From Candidatus Latescibacterota bacterium (lineage in GTDB: Bacteria; Latescibacterota; UBA2968), in the NCBI GenBank assembly GCA_965208125.1, contig OZ242320.1, forward strand, positions 1,216,001-1,280,000: a stretch of 64,000 nt of DNA, written 5' to 3'. Under the pieces are notes generated by a model. It searched no databases. It saw only the letters and a list, made by a program, of their open reading frames with translations, and was not told the origin of the DNA. Numbering within the stretch: position 1 is the first letter of the stretch; each line of letters starts with the position of its first letter. The position numbers were made by a program, and so were the translations under genes. Below are positions 1 through 8,557 of the stretch, one piece after another.

Positions 1-26
1 TAAAGTCACACATCGCGTATAATTTT

Positions 27-407
27 CTAACAAATATACTCTCTCAACCATTCGACAAGTTGCTCGCGGGAAACTTCTCCTGATGCGACGCCCAAAATAA
101 TTTGCTCTTGAATATCTTCTTCAATAGTATCAATTCTATATCCATTGGAACGCAAGAATACTTGCATTGCGGCATGCCCCACCCGTTTATTCCCATCGAC
201 AAAGGGATGATTCTGAATCAAAGAAAAGCACAAGGCTGCCGCCTTTTCTATAACAGTAGGATAGGGATCCAGTCCCTCAAACGCCATATGGGGTTGTGCA
301 ATGGCCGATTCCAGTCCACCAAGATCGCGCATCCCCGCAGATCCGCCACTTGTTTGAATAATATGATTGTGAAGTGCTAATATTTGATCTAAATTGATAT
401 AATTCAT
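27..407 (-). CDS. doc: Death-on-curing (Doc/Fic family) toxin
   Basis: Doc-type motif HPFVDGNKR and typical N-terminus (GG..G.RDLGGLESAIAQP). ATG at 407 overlaps the upstream TGA (TGATG). Confidence 0.92.
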   Translation of the reverse strand: MNYINLDQILALHNHIIQTSGGSAGMRDLGGLESAIAQPHMAFEGLDPYPTVIEKAAALCFSLIQNHPFVDGNKRVGHAAMQVFLRSNGYRIDTIEEDIQEQIILGVASGEVSREQLVEWLREYIC

Positions 408-1534
408 CAACTTAGCCTTTTGTATAGTTCTCTATTTTTCTTGAGTACTTGTTCACAGATATCCTTAAATCTCTGTTTCTCAAAAGATTTAATAGGCTCA
501 TCAAAACTCTGTCCTCGAAATACACCGTTTTGAAAAAAATTGATCGTGTCATCTTTTATTTGACAATACGATCCACGGCCACCTCTTCTAAATCCCAAAT
601 GATGGCCTATAACAATGCGTATGATCTCGGGAACTACGGCAGCAACTATGTTGAAGGTGTACTTTTTGGACTTCTCACCATCAAGTCCTTTTAGCTCTGG
701 TATTCGACCCGTGTGTGTCAGGAAATTACGCACCCGGTCAACATATTGAACGCGAGTCTTTTGATCAGGGGTTGGCGACGGATCTATAATTTCCAGTGAT
801 TGCAGAAGCGAAAATAATTTATCTAACAAAGATGGGCCACGATCAATCTGACCATGTAGCAAATTTCTATACCGTTCCACCTGATCTGGTTGAAGTTCTG
901 TTGTTTTTTCGAGAATATTACTGATCTCATTTTTAAGTTTCTTACGAATAGGCTTGCTGACTCTTTCATAGGTCATCTCATGCTGGTCGAGAACAATGTT
1001 GAGTGCCGTGCAGTAAGAAGCCGCACGTAATTGCAGGATGTTGGTATTCATTGCCTGATTGTACAATAGCAAAGCAAAGTGCAAATTTTTCGATACTAAG
1101 GATTCCCTATTTTGCCAGGCAAGTGCTGCCGCGCGCAAAGTCTCAATTTGAGCCACAGCATAGTCACCATATCCATCTGGGCGAACCCTCTCACAGTATT
1201 CTGCTGTTGCTACATTTCTACCCGTCAGAAACGTGAGCAAATTGCATAAATCCCACAGTCCTCCATCGTCGGCTACCTTGTCGAGAAGAATACTTTTTTC
1301 TCCTGCCCCTTTCCAGGACACAGTTGCTGTGGCTTGCCAGGTACCTTCGCGCGATGGTAAGAGTTGTTCCCCTGTTTCATTTAGGGTCCACATTGGAGGT
1401 TGAGGCAGTTGAGAAACTCTGGCATTGTAATCATCTGTGAGACGCACCTTAAGACAGCCAATACTACTCTCTGACCATGAGGGGCCGGGACGTGAATCGC
1501 CCATATAGAGATTGAAGATGTCAACTGTTTTCAT
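407..1534 (-). CDS. Putative HEPN-domain protein (ApeA-like) with C-terminal Phd-like antitoxin helix
   Basis: 375-aa ORF with AGGAG RBS. RxxxxH motif RNFLTH in the helical C-terminal half. Ends FKDICEQVLKKNRELYKRLS. Confidence 0.6.
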   Translation of the reverse strand: MKTVDIFNLYMGDSRPGPSWSESSIGCLKVRLTDDYNARVSQLPQPPMWTLNETGEQLLPSREGTWQATATVSWKGAGEKSILLDKVADDGGLWDLCNLLTFLTGRNVATAEYCERVRPDGYGDYAVAQIETLRAAALAWQNRESLVSKNLHFALLLYNQAMNTNILQLRAASYCTALNIVLDQHEMTYERVSKPIRKKLKNEISNILEKTTELQPDQVERYRNLLHGQIDRGPSLLDKLFSLLQSLEIIDPSPTPDQKTRVQYVDRVRNFLTHTGRIPELKGLDGEKSKKYTFNIVAAVVPEIIRIVIGHHLGFRRGGRGSYCQIKDDTINFFQNGVFRGQSFDEPIKSFEKQRFKDICEQVLKKNRELYKRLS

Positions 1535-1667
1535 TTGTTTTTTCTCCTATTAGATCGTGTCGAATACTTACTTACGCTTCTGCGTCAAGGGCACAACCGC
1601 CAACTTATCGGCATTCTGTGAACAGCTCCTGCGTCGGGATGCTACATATTACCTGTTAGCGATTGCG

Positions 1668-2216
1668 CTAACGAAACTTAGGTCCTTTCGCATAGGCGAA
1701 GGCTTCTTTTTGACTCATGCCCAATGTTATCGCGGTAGCATACGTGTTGGCTTCTTTTTCACTCATGCCCAGTGTGATCGCGGTATCATAGGCTTGGGCA
1801 AAGGTTCGGGCTGCTTCTTCGGTCTCACCTCTACTTATCCCTAAGGCATACTTGTGGGCTGCGGCTTCACTCATGCCCAGTGTGATCGCGGTATCATAGG
1901 CTTGGGCCGAGGTTCGGGCTGCTTCTTCGGTCTCCACACCTCCACTTATCCTTGAGGCATACAGGCTGGCTGCAGCTTCACTCATGCCCAGTGTGATCGC
2001 GGTATTATAGTATTGGGCAAAGGTTCGGGCTGCTTCTTCGGTCGAAAAAAATTGCCAGCGGGCTACATCTTCACTCACGCCCTGTGCTATTGCTACGGCA
2101 TAGGCTCTGGCGTGTTCATAGCTCCAGCCCGCTTCCCTCGCGGAGCGATAATTAACGGAACGAGTGATTTCGTCAACGATTATTCCTTTTTCTAGCAAAA
2201 AGTCTTTGACAGACAT
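1668..2216 (-). CDS. Hypothetical alpha-helical tandem-repeat protein
   Basis: AAGGAG RBS. About 36-aa repeat EEAARTFAQAYDTAITLGMSEAAA..YA..IS.G three times plus partial units. Confidence 0.75.
   Translation of the reverse strand: MSVKDFLLEKGIIVDEITRSVNYRSAREAGWSYEHARAYAVAIAQGVSEDVARWQFFSTEEAARTFAQYYNTAITLGMSEAAASLYASRISGGVETEEAARTSAQAYDTAITLGMSEAAAHKYALGISRGETEEAARTFAQAYDTAITLGMSEKEANTYATAITLGMSQKEAFAYAKGPKFR
1700..2045. repeat. Intragenic tandem repeats (108-111 bp period)
   Basis: cactcatgcccagtgtgatcgcggtat at ~1760, ~1868 and ~1979; degenerate copy at ~1712. Confidence 0.9.
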
Positions 2217-2237
2217 AACAATCTCCTTAATGATATG

Positions 2238-2300
2238 GAGTGCCGTGCAGTACGAAGTGACACAAAATTACAGGATGATGGTATTCATTGCTTTATTGTA
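2238..2300. repeat. Degenerate 63-bp copy of an internal segment (1001-1063) of the HEPN gene
   Basis: Ungapped alignment with about 10 mismatches in 63 nt, same orientation. Confidence 0.85.
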
Positions 2301-2323
2301 TAAATGATGTTACACAGCTTCAA
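2295..2323 (-). promoter_or_regulatory. Putative sigma70 promoter of the repeat-protein gene
   Basis: TTGAAG-N17-TACAAT on the minus strand. Confidence 0.5.
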
Positions 2324-2367
2324 AAGAGGGTATAATAACAGCTAATGAAGATGTAAATGCCGATCTT

Positions 2368-2452
2368 TCTGGATTGCGGCTTACACCATAGCCTGCCCCT
2401 ATATGCTTTAAGCAGGGGCCGCAATGACGGGCGAGGCCTGCCTCGCCCCTAC
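2368..2452. repeat. REP-like palindrome cluster
   Basis: ctggattgcggc...gccgcaatgac plus gggcgaggcctgcctcgcccctac; related elements at 40.3, 51.8, 52.7 and 55.4 kb. Confidence 0.75.
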
Positions 2453-2483
2453 AATGGATAACTGACCGCCTGCCTGCTGATTG

Positions 2484-3281
2484 CTACAAATTATCAACCG
2501 CATAAACAGCTTTCTCTATCTGTTCCTCTCCGACGGTTTTGACCTTCGCATCAGAACCGAGCAACAGGGCAATATCGCAAATATTGTTTATATCTCGTGG
2601 AATACCATTGGACGCTTGATAGAGCGCGTCGAGCGCGTCCTCGTCGAACAAGGACCGATCGGCTCCCGCTTTTTCCAGACGTGTTTGCACATAAGATAGG
2701 GTTTCTTCGCGCTTGAGCGGTGCGAGGTGATATTGCCGCGAGACCTGTTGTCCCAATGCCTCAACGCCCGCGACCCGTTCCACGAGGTCTGCCTGTCCAA
2801 CGAGGAGAAGGGTGAGAAAAAAACGCCCGTTGCGTTGAAAGCTGAACAGAGATTGCAACTCTTCAAATGTATTGTCGTCTTCTATTGCATGGGCATCATC
2901 GACAATGACGACCGTATATTTGCCTGCATTGGCACTCTTGACAGCCTGAACCTCAAGTGCGCGTTGCAATTTTCCGTTCGATTGGTCCTCAACGCCCAAT
3001 TGCCCGAGCATATCCCGTAGAAAGTCTTCCGGCGAAAGACCAGGTCCATTCATAAATGCGATCTTATACCTGTCAGATGACAGTTCCTGGACGAGCATGC
3101 GACTCACAGTGGTTTTGCCACAGCCCGTGTCGCCCGTGAGCACGGCAGCCCCCATGCGAGTATTGATCGCGTAAAACATTTGCAACAGTGCTCTCTGGTG
3201 ATCTGCTGAAGAATAAAAAAAACGCGGATCCGGCACACTTTCAAACGGCAATTCTGTCAGATTCCAATATTCCTGGTACAC
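2484..3281 (-). CDS. ExeA/GspA-family AAA ATPase
   Basis: N-terminal Y..YW.L...PF..VPDP.FFY, Walker A GDTGCGKT, Walker B VVIVDD, C-terminal SNGIPRDIN. Confidence 0.9.
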   Translation of the reverse strand: MYQEYWNLTELPFESVPDPRFFYSSADHQRALLQMFYAINTRMGAAVLTGDTGCGKTTVSRMLVQELSSDRYKIAFMNGPGLSPEDFLRDMLGQLGVEDQSNGKLQRALEVQAVKSANAGKYTVVIVDDAHAIEDDNTFEELQSLFSFQRNGRFFLTLLLVGQADLVERVAGVEALGQQVSRQYHLAPLKREETLSYVQTRLEKAGADRSLFDEDALDALYQASNGIPRDINNICDIALLLGSDAKVKTVGEEQIEKAVYAVDNL

Positions 3282-3558
3282 GGTTTTAATCCTTTATTTT
3301 AAGTCCGACTATGGACTTAAAAGCCCAATCGGAGTCGTGGTTTAACGCTGCTTATTGCACCTGTTTTATCGCAATCCAATATAGTTACCTCAAACGGTCT
3401 GTGTCAAGTAATCGGCAAAGCGATTTGAGGACTTTCCGATATTTTATACAACACGGAGACATTGGCACAAAATACTTTGACGGAACGTATCCAAACCCTA
3501 TATTTTGCTGCACTGCGCTGGTGATACATCTGTTTTGACTTTCATTTTGGAGATCTGT

Positions 3559-5055
3559 ATGGCCTGGTGGCAATCCGTTTTGCTGGCCACTTACAGCCTG
3601 GTGTTTGCATTGCTGATGCTCGTAAGCCTGCATCGACACTTGATGGTACACCTCTATTACAAGCACCGTCGCAAACAACACATTCCCCGCGGCACCTTTG
3701 ATGAATTACCCGTTGTGACAGTGCAATTGCCCGTATTCAATGAACGCTATGTGGTCGAACGGCTGATTCGCGCGGTCGCCAAGATGGATTATCCAACCGA
3801 CCGCCTCGAAATTCAGGTTTTAGACGACTCGACTGATGAAACAACCGCCATTGCCAGGCGGTGCGTAGATGAACTCCGGCGTTCGGGATTGGATATCGCG
3901 CTGATACACCGCAACACGCGCACCGGGTATAAAGCCGGTGCGCTCGCAGAGGGATTGCGGGTTGCACGCGGTGAATTAATCGCAATTTTTGACGCCGATT
4001 TTCTACCGCCACCGGATTTCTTGAACAAAACCATCCCGCATTTCGTCGAACCGCAGGTCGGCATGGTTCAGACGCGCTGGGGACATTTGAATCGGGATTA
4101 TTCCATTTTAACACGCGTACAGGCCATTTATCTCGACGGTCATTTTGTCATGGAACACGGTGCGCGTAGCCGCTCGGGTTTGTTCTTCAATTTTAACGGC
4201 ACAGCGGGCGTCTGGCGCCGAGCTTGTATCGAAGAAGCCGGCGGTTGGCAGCACGACACCTTGACCGAAGACCTCGATTTGAGCTATCGCGCGCAATTGG
4301 CGGGCTGGAGATTTGTCTATCTCGCGGATACCGTAACACCGGCGGAAATCCCCGTGGAAGTAAATGCCTGGAAATCACAGCAATTTCGGTGGGCAAAAGG
4401 CTCAGTTCAAACCGCAAAAAAAACACTAAAGACCCTGTTGAAAAGCCATCTTTCCTGGCGCGTGAAGGGCGAAGCCGCTTTTCATCTGGTAACCAATTTC
4501 GCATATTGTTTGATGGCAATGATCGCCATTCTCATTTTTCCCGCAATTGTCCTGCGGGAAGACCTGGGATGGCTCAGAGTGGTAATAATCGATTTTCCTC
4601 TATTTTTAGGCGCGACGGGCGTAATCTCGAGATACTACATCCACTCGCAACGAGAAATTTATTCGGATTGGAAATCGCGCATCCTGTATTTGCCATTCGT
4701 ACTCGCCCTGGGCATGGGGATTTCATTGAACAACGCGCGCGGAGTGATTCAGGCTCTGCGAGGACACGAGACCGCATTTAACCGCACCCCTAAATATCGC
4801 GTTATCGGCAGGAATGGAAATTGGTATCGCAAAAAGTACGCCCTGAAAAAAAATATAACTGCATTTTTGGAAATTGGACTCGGTCTTTATCTGCTGGTCG
4901 CCATGGCGTATTCAATTGCGAAAGGGCTGTATTTCCCCGTGCCATTCCTGATCTTGTTTGCCTCCGGCTTTTTTTTCGTAGGGGGCATGTCTTTGTTCCA
5001 GGGTATCTGGGCGAAAATGCATGCGCAATCAATTGAAGTCGCGGAGGCAAACTAA
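3559..5055 (+). CDS. Membrane glycosyltransferase family 2 (cellulose synthase-like, CslA-type)
   Basis: VTVQLPVFNE, DDSTD, KAG, FDADF, TEDLD and QQFRW motifs; several TM helices; GGAG RBS before ATG 3559. Confidence 0.92.
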   Translation: MAWWQSVLLATYSLVFALLMLVSLHRHLMVHLYYKHRRKQHIPRGTFDELPVVTVQLPVFNERYVVERLIRAVAKMDYPTDRLEIQVLDDSTDETTAIARRCVDELRRSGLDIALIHRNTRTGYKAGALAEGLRVARGELIAIFDADFLPPPDFLNKTIPHFVEPQVGMVQTRWGHLNRDYSILTRVQAIYLDGHFVMEHGARSRSGLFFNFNGTAGVWRRACIEEAGGWQHDTLTEDLDLSYRAQLAGWRFVYLADTVTPAEIPVEVNAWKSQQFRWAKGSVQTAKKTLKTLLKSHLSWRVKGEAAFHLVTNFAYCLMAMIAILIFPAIVLREDLGWLRVVIIDFPLFLGATGVISRYYIHSQREIYSDWKSRILYLPFVLALGMGISLNNARGVIQALRGHETAFNRTPKYRVIGRNGNWYRKKYALKKNITAFLEIGLGLYLLVAMAYSIAKGLYFPVPFLILFASGFFFVGGMSLFQGIWAKMHAQSIEVAEAN

Positions 5056-5081
5056 AAAACAATTAAAGGTAGAACGGGTAC

Positions 5082-5936
5082 ATGGCAACGCGACTCAACA
5101 ATCCATACCTCTGGGCTTATACCGCAGCCATTCTGCTGCACATTCTATTCCTGCTCGTAGAGAACCCGCTGTCTGCGATCATTGCGCCGCAGCCAGAAAA
5201 AATACCCGTATCACCACCCCTGACATTTGAATTTGTCGATGTGCCCCAAAATCGAGACGAGGTCCCGCCCGAAGAAACCCCGTTGCTCGCAGAGCGCGAT
5301 AACATCTCTCGCGATCAACAAACGGCTCCCTTGCCCGAAAGCCACTTGCCATTTTCCGATGGCATATCGCGGGCAAAGAACACAGCGGCACCAGCGCAGG
5401 GGAAGTCGCGCAGTGAGACACAGAGCGCAGACCGCTCATCGGAAACTGAAACTACTGACAATTCCTTTAGCTTTGTGGAGGTATTGCAGAAAAATCCCGA
5501 TGCAGCGCAAAAAGAGCGAGAACGCGCGGTACTGGGTGGGGAAGTACTGCCCCAATTGCGCATAGATATGGACAATAGCAAAACCCGTGCACTCGAACAC
5601 GGCGGATTGCAACTGAGCACGTATGCCTGGAACTATGCGCCCTATATGAAATATCTCCAGCGACGCATTGACCGCCATATTTATCCACCCCGCGCATTCG
5701 AGTTGGGTATGATCGACGGCAGGACCGTGGTGAAGTTTAGAATCTGGCGCGATGGTCGGCTCGAAGGTCCCGAACTGATCGACTATGAGGGCAGTGATTT
5801 GTTGCGCGATACGAGCCTGAAGGCTGTTGAACTCTCGGCACCATTCAGGGCATTACCACCAGATTTTCCGGAGGAGTACCTCGACATTACGGGTACTTTT
5901 GAATATATAATTTTTGGAAGAGGGCAAAGGCGATAA
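5082..5936 (+). CDS. tonB: TonB/TolA-family energy transducer
   Basis: N-terminal TM with His (AILLHILF), Pro-rich linker, C-terminal YP..A...G..G...V.F.I..DG domain; directly upstream of exbBD. Confidence 0.75.
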   Translation: MATRLNNPYLWAYTAAILLHILFLLVENPLSAIIAPQPEKIPVSPPLTFEFVDVPQNRDEVPPEETPLLAERDNISRDQQTAPLPESHLPFSDGISRAKNTAAPAQGKSRSETQSADRSSETETTDNSFSFVEVLQKNPDAAQKERERAVLGGEVLPQLRIDMDNSKTRALEHGGLQLSTYAWNYAPYMKYLQRRIDRHIYPPRAFELGMIDGRTVVKFRIWRDGRLEGPELIDYEGSDLLRDTSLKAVELSAPFRALPPDFPEEYLDITGTFEYIIFGRGQRR

Positions 5937-5940
5937 TAAT

Positions 5941-6564
5941 ATGGGCTGGGCACTATTTGAACAGGGTGGTCTCATCATGTATCCTCTGACTTTGTGCTCA
6001 GTACTGGCTTTGGGCATTGCAATTGAGCGCGGGTTTGCACTGCGCCGTCGCGCCATCATTCGGCCCGAGATTGTCAGTGTAATCGACAATATTCAAGGAC
6101 CAGAAGACATTGGGTTGGCCCTGAGCGTCTGTCGGCAGCACAAAGGTCCTTTCTCTGCGGTGATGCGTGCGGGATTAGACAATCGACATTTGTCCTTAGA
6201 AGAAATCCGAGAAAGTATTCTGGATCAGGGCCGTCAGGAGATGGGGATATTGCAAAAGGGACTGGTAGTTCTGGAAACCGTAGCGGGAGTTTCGCCGCTT
6301 TTGGGACTTTTGGGCACTGTTCTGGGCATGATTAAAGTTTTTCAACAGGTTTCAGAAGTGGGCGTAGGACAGGCCAATCTCCTGGCGGGGGGCATTTCCG
6401 AAGCGATTCTAACGACTGCCGCCGGACTTTTTATTGCAATTCCATCACTTGTATTTTACAATCTATACAGCAGTCGGGCAGAAAGCCTGATTTTGGAAAT
6501 TGAGAAATACGCCAACACCCTGCTAAAAAAACTCCGGGGGTTTCAAGGCTCCGAAGGTGGATAG
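5941..6564 (+). CDS. exbB: MotA/TolQ/ExbB proton channel protein
   Basis: SPLLGLLGTVLGMI and GISEAILTTAAGL motifs. Confidence 0.92.
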   Translation: MGWALFEQGGLIMYPLTLCSVLALGIAIERGFALRRRAIIRPEIVSVIDNIQGPEDIGLALSVCRQHKGPFSAVMRAGLDNRHLSLEEIRESILDQGRQEMGILQKGLVVLETVAGVSPLLGLLGTVLGMIKVFQQVSEVGVGQANLLAGGISEAILTTAAGLFIAIPSLVFYNLYSSRAESLILEIEKYANTLLKKLRGFQGSEGG

Positions 6565-6566
6565 CG

Positions 6567-6977
6567 ATGCGATTGCAAATGCCCGGCAAACGCCGCCCGG
6601 CCATCAATGTGACCTCTTTGATCGACGTCCTGTTTTTATTGCTCACATTTTTTCTCGTAACCACGCAATTTGTCGATCAATCTGCGCTCAAAGTCGAACT
6701 GCCCGCCATGGCACACGCGGAAAAAACGCAGCACGCGAGACGTTATATTCTCAACATATCGGCAGATGGTCAAATGGCATTAGATGGTCAGATCGTCGAT
6801 CAACCGACATTGCGTGAATTATTAAAACAACACGCGGCGGACATCGATGAAAGCGGGGGCCTGATTTTGCGGGCAGACCGCCAATTGTCTTATGGCGATG
6901 TAATGTCGATTCTGGACCTCGTCAGAGGTGTGGGAATCAGACGGATCACCAATGCCACAGCGGAAACCGATAAATAG
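6567..6977 (+). CDS. exbD: ExbD/TolR biopolymer transport protein
   Basis: INVTSLIDVLFLLLTFFLV and LILRAD..L.YG motifs. Confidence 0.92.
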   Translation: MRLQMPGKRRPAINVTSLIDVLFLLLTFFLVTTQFVDQSALKVELPAMAHAEKTQHARRYILNISADGQMALDGQIVDQPTLRELLKQHAADIDESGGLILRADRQLSYGDVMSILDLVRGVGIRRITNATAETDK

Positions 6978-7003
6978 CGGTTTCTGTCTCAGAGGTCGGA
7001 ACA

Positions 7004-7612
7004 ATGCGCGATTCCAAATCGTCCAATTTTTCACACATTGAAGATATCCAAATCGTCGCCCGGGTCTTAGAAGGCAACACAGAGGCTTTTTCTGTGCTGG
7101 TACAGCGACACCATGAACGCGTGTACAATACGGTTTACAGCTTCATTGGCGATCTCGACGAAGCCGACGATTTGGCGCAAGAAGCATTTCTCAAAGCATT
7201 TCGCGCCCTGAATCGATTTCGGGGACAATCGCTATTTTCAACATGGGTACACCGCATCGCTGTCAATTGCTGCTTAGACCATCTCAAATCCAGACATCGG
7301 CGCAGCTTTGTTTCTCTGGATGAACATCGAGAAAATTGGGACACATCGCGCATCTGGACGGACCAGCCCCAAAGTGCAGATGTGCGCGTTGAACGGCGGG
7401 AGCTTCAAGAAATTCTCGAACGCGCCCTGGACGATCTATCGGAAGAATATCGCGTGACCTTCGTTTTGAGAGAAATTGAAGGCCTGGCCTATGAAGAAAT
7501 TGCCGAATTGCTCAAATGCTCGATAGGAACTGTTAAATCTCGCCTGTTTCGCGGGCGGACAAAGCTCCGCGAAATTTTGCAAGTGCAATACGACAACTGG
7601 ATCGAGGCGTAA
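7004..7612 (+). CDS. ECF RNA polymerase sigma factor (RpoE/SigW-like)
   Basis: Region 2 DLAQEAFLKAF...FSTWVHRIAVN; region 4 YEEIAE.L..SIGTVKSRLFRGR. Confidence 0.95.
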   Translation: MRDSKSSNFSHIEDIQIVARVLEGNTEAFSVLVQRHHERVYNTVYSFIGDLDEADDLAQEAFLKAFRALNRFRGQSLFSTWVHRIAVNCCLDHLKSRHRRSFVSLDEHRENWDTSRIWTDQPQSADVRVERRELQEILERALDDLSEEYRVTFVLREIEGLAYEEIAELLKCSIGTVKSRLFRGRTKLREILQVQYDNWIEA

Positions 7613-7614
7613 AT

Positions 7615-8088
7615 ATGGACGCAGATAATACCATTGATATCAACCGCGAATTGTTGTCGGCTTATCTCGACGATGCGCTTACAGAAGCAGAACGGACCAG
7701 AGTTGAGAAGCTATTGCGCGTATCCGACAGTCTCAGGCGTGAACTGGCCGAGATGGTGCGGGTGCGACAGCTATTTGCTGCCTGGTCTCCACCTGCACCC
7801 GATCGTTTTTTTGTGCGGCGTGTAGATATAAAAGTCCGGGAGGAAATGGCGCGAATGAAGAACAGATGGGGGCTTCAAAAATTCGCCACTGCCGCAATAC
7901 TGCTGATTTCTATTGGCTCTCTGGCATTCTTAACCCAACGTCTGGAAAGAACTGTTGAACCTGTCACGCTGGATGCTTTCTTGCAAAGTTCGCTCGACCG
8001 CGAGGTTCGAGAAGTTGTGAGTTTGACCGAAGATGATTTCTCCAAAGACCGCGTACTCGACCTCGTCTTATCAGACAACACGCGTTAG
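7615..8088 (+). CDS. Transmembrane anti-sigma factor
   Basis: ELLSAYLD..L...E...VE..L N-terminus, single TM; directly after the ECF sigma. Confidence 0.8.
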   Translation: MDADNTIDINRELLSAYLDDALTEAERTRVEKLLRVSDSLRRELAEMVRVRQLFAAWSPPAPDRFFVRRVDIKVREEMARMKNRWGLQKFATAAILLISIGSLAFLTQRLERTVEPVTLDAFLQSSLDREVREVVSLTEDDFSKDRVLDLVLSDNTR

Positions 8089-8100
8089 AAGGTTTTTGTT

Positions 8101-8487
8101 ATGTTTATCTCGCGTTTTCGCTTTATATGCCTGCTCATCTTGTGTTTATTACTCGGCGCAGTGATAGGGACCGTTTACGAAAGTCTCGCGTCTGGTGATT
8201 CTGAAAAAAGGCGGGGGCGCCTGTCTGAAATGGTGGCAAAGCTCGACCTGTCAGATGAACAGAAAGCGCAACTGGACACCATCCTTGAGGAAGGGCGCAA
8301 ATGCATGGTCGATATCAACACGACCTATCGCGCTGAATTTGGAAAAGTGAGAAACACGACCCGCGCTCAAATTCAGAAAATTTTGACGCCTGATCAGCAA
8401 AAACAGTTTGATGAGATGATAGCTGAACAAGATGCCCGTCGGCGTCATCAGCGCAAAAGCAGGACCCCCGGCAATCAGGCCGAGTGA
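8101..8487 (+). CDS. Periplasmic Spy/CpxP-like (LTxxQ) protein
   Basis: Signal/TM segment, LDLSDEQ and ILTPDQQKQF motifs. Confidence 0.8.
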   Translation: MFISRFRFICLLILCLLLGAVIGTVYESLASGDSEKRRGRLSEMVAKLDLSDEQKAQLDTILEEGRKCMVDINTTYRAEFGKVRNTTRAQIQKILTPDQQKQFDEMIAEQDARRRHQRKSRTPGNQAE

Positions 8488-8557
8488 TAAAAAGAATTTT
8501 GTAAAAAAATAAGTGAGTAATTATTTACTTTCTTTAAAGATTTGAGAGGACGGAAGA

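Noticed and set aside
1001-2300. 63-bp duplicate as a DGR template/variable repeat pair
   Set aside because: Mismatches are not confined to adenines on either strand, the target is not C-terminal, and no reverse transcriptase is present.
3461-3480. TGGCAC upstream of the GT2 gene as a sigma54 promoter
   Set aside because: No GC at the -12 position (GG-N10-TT).
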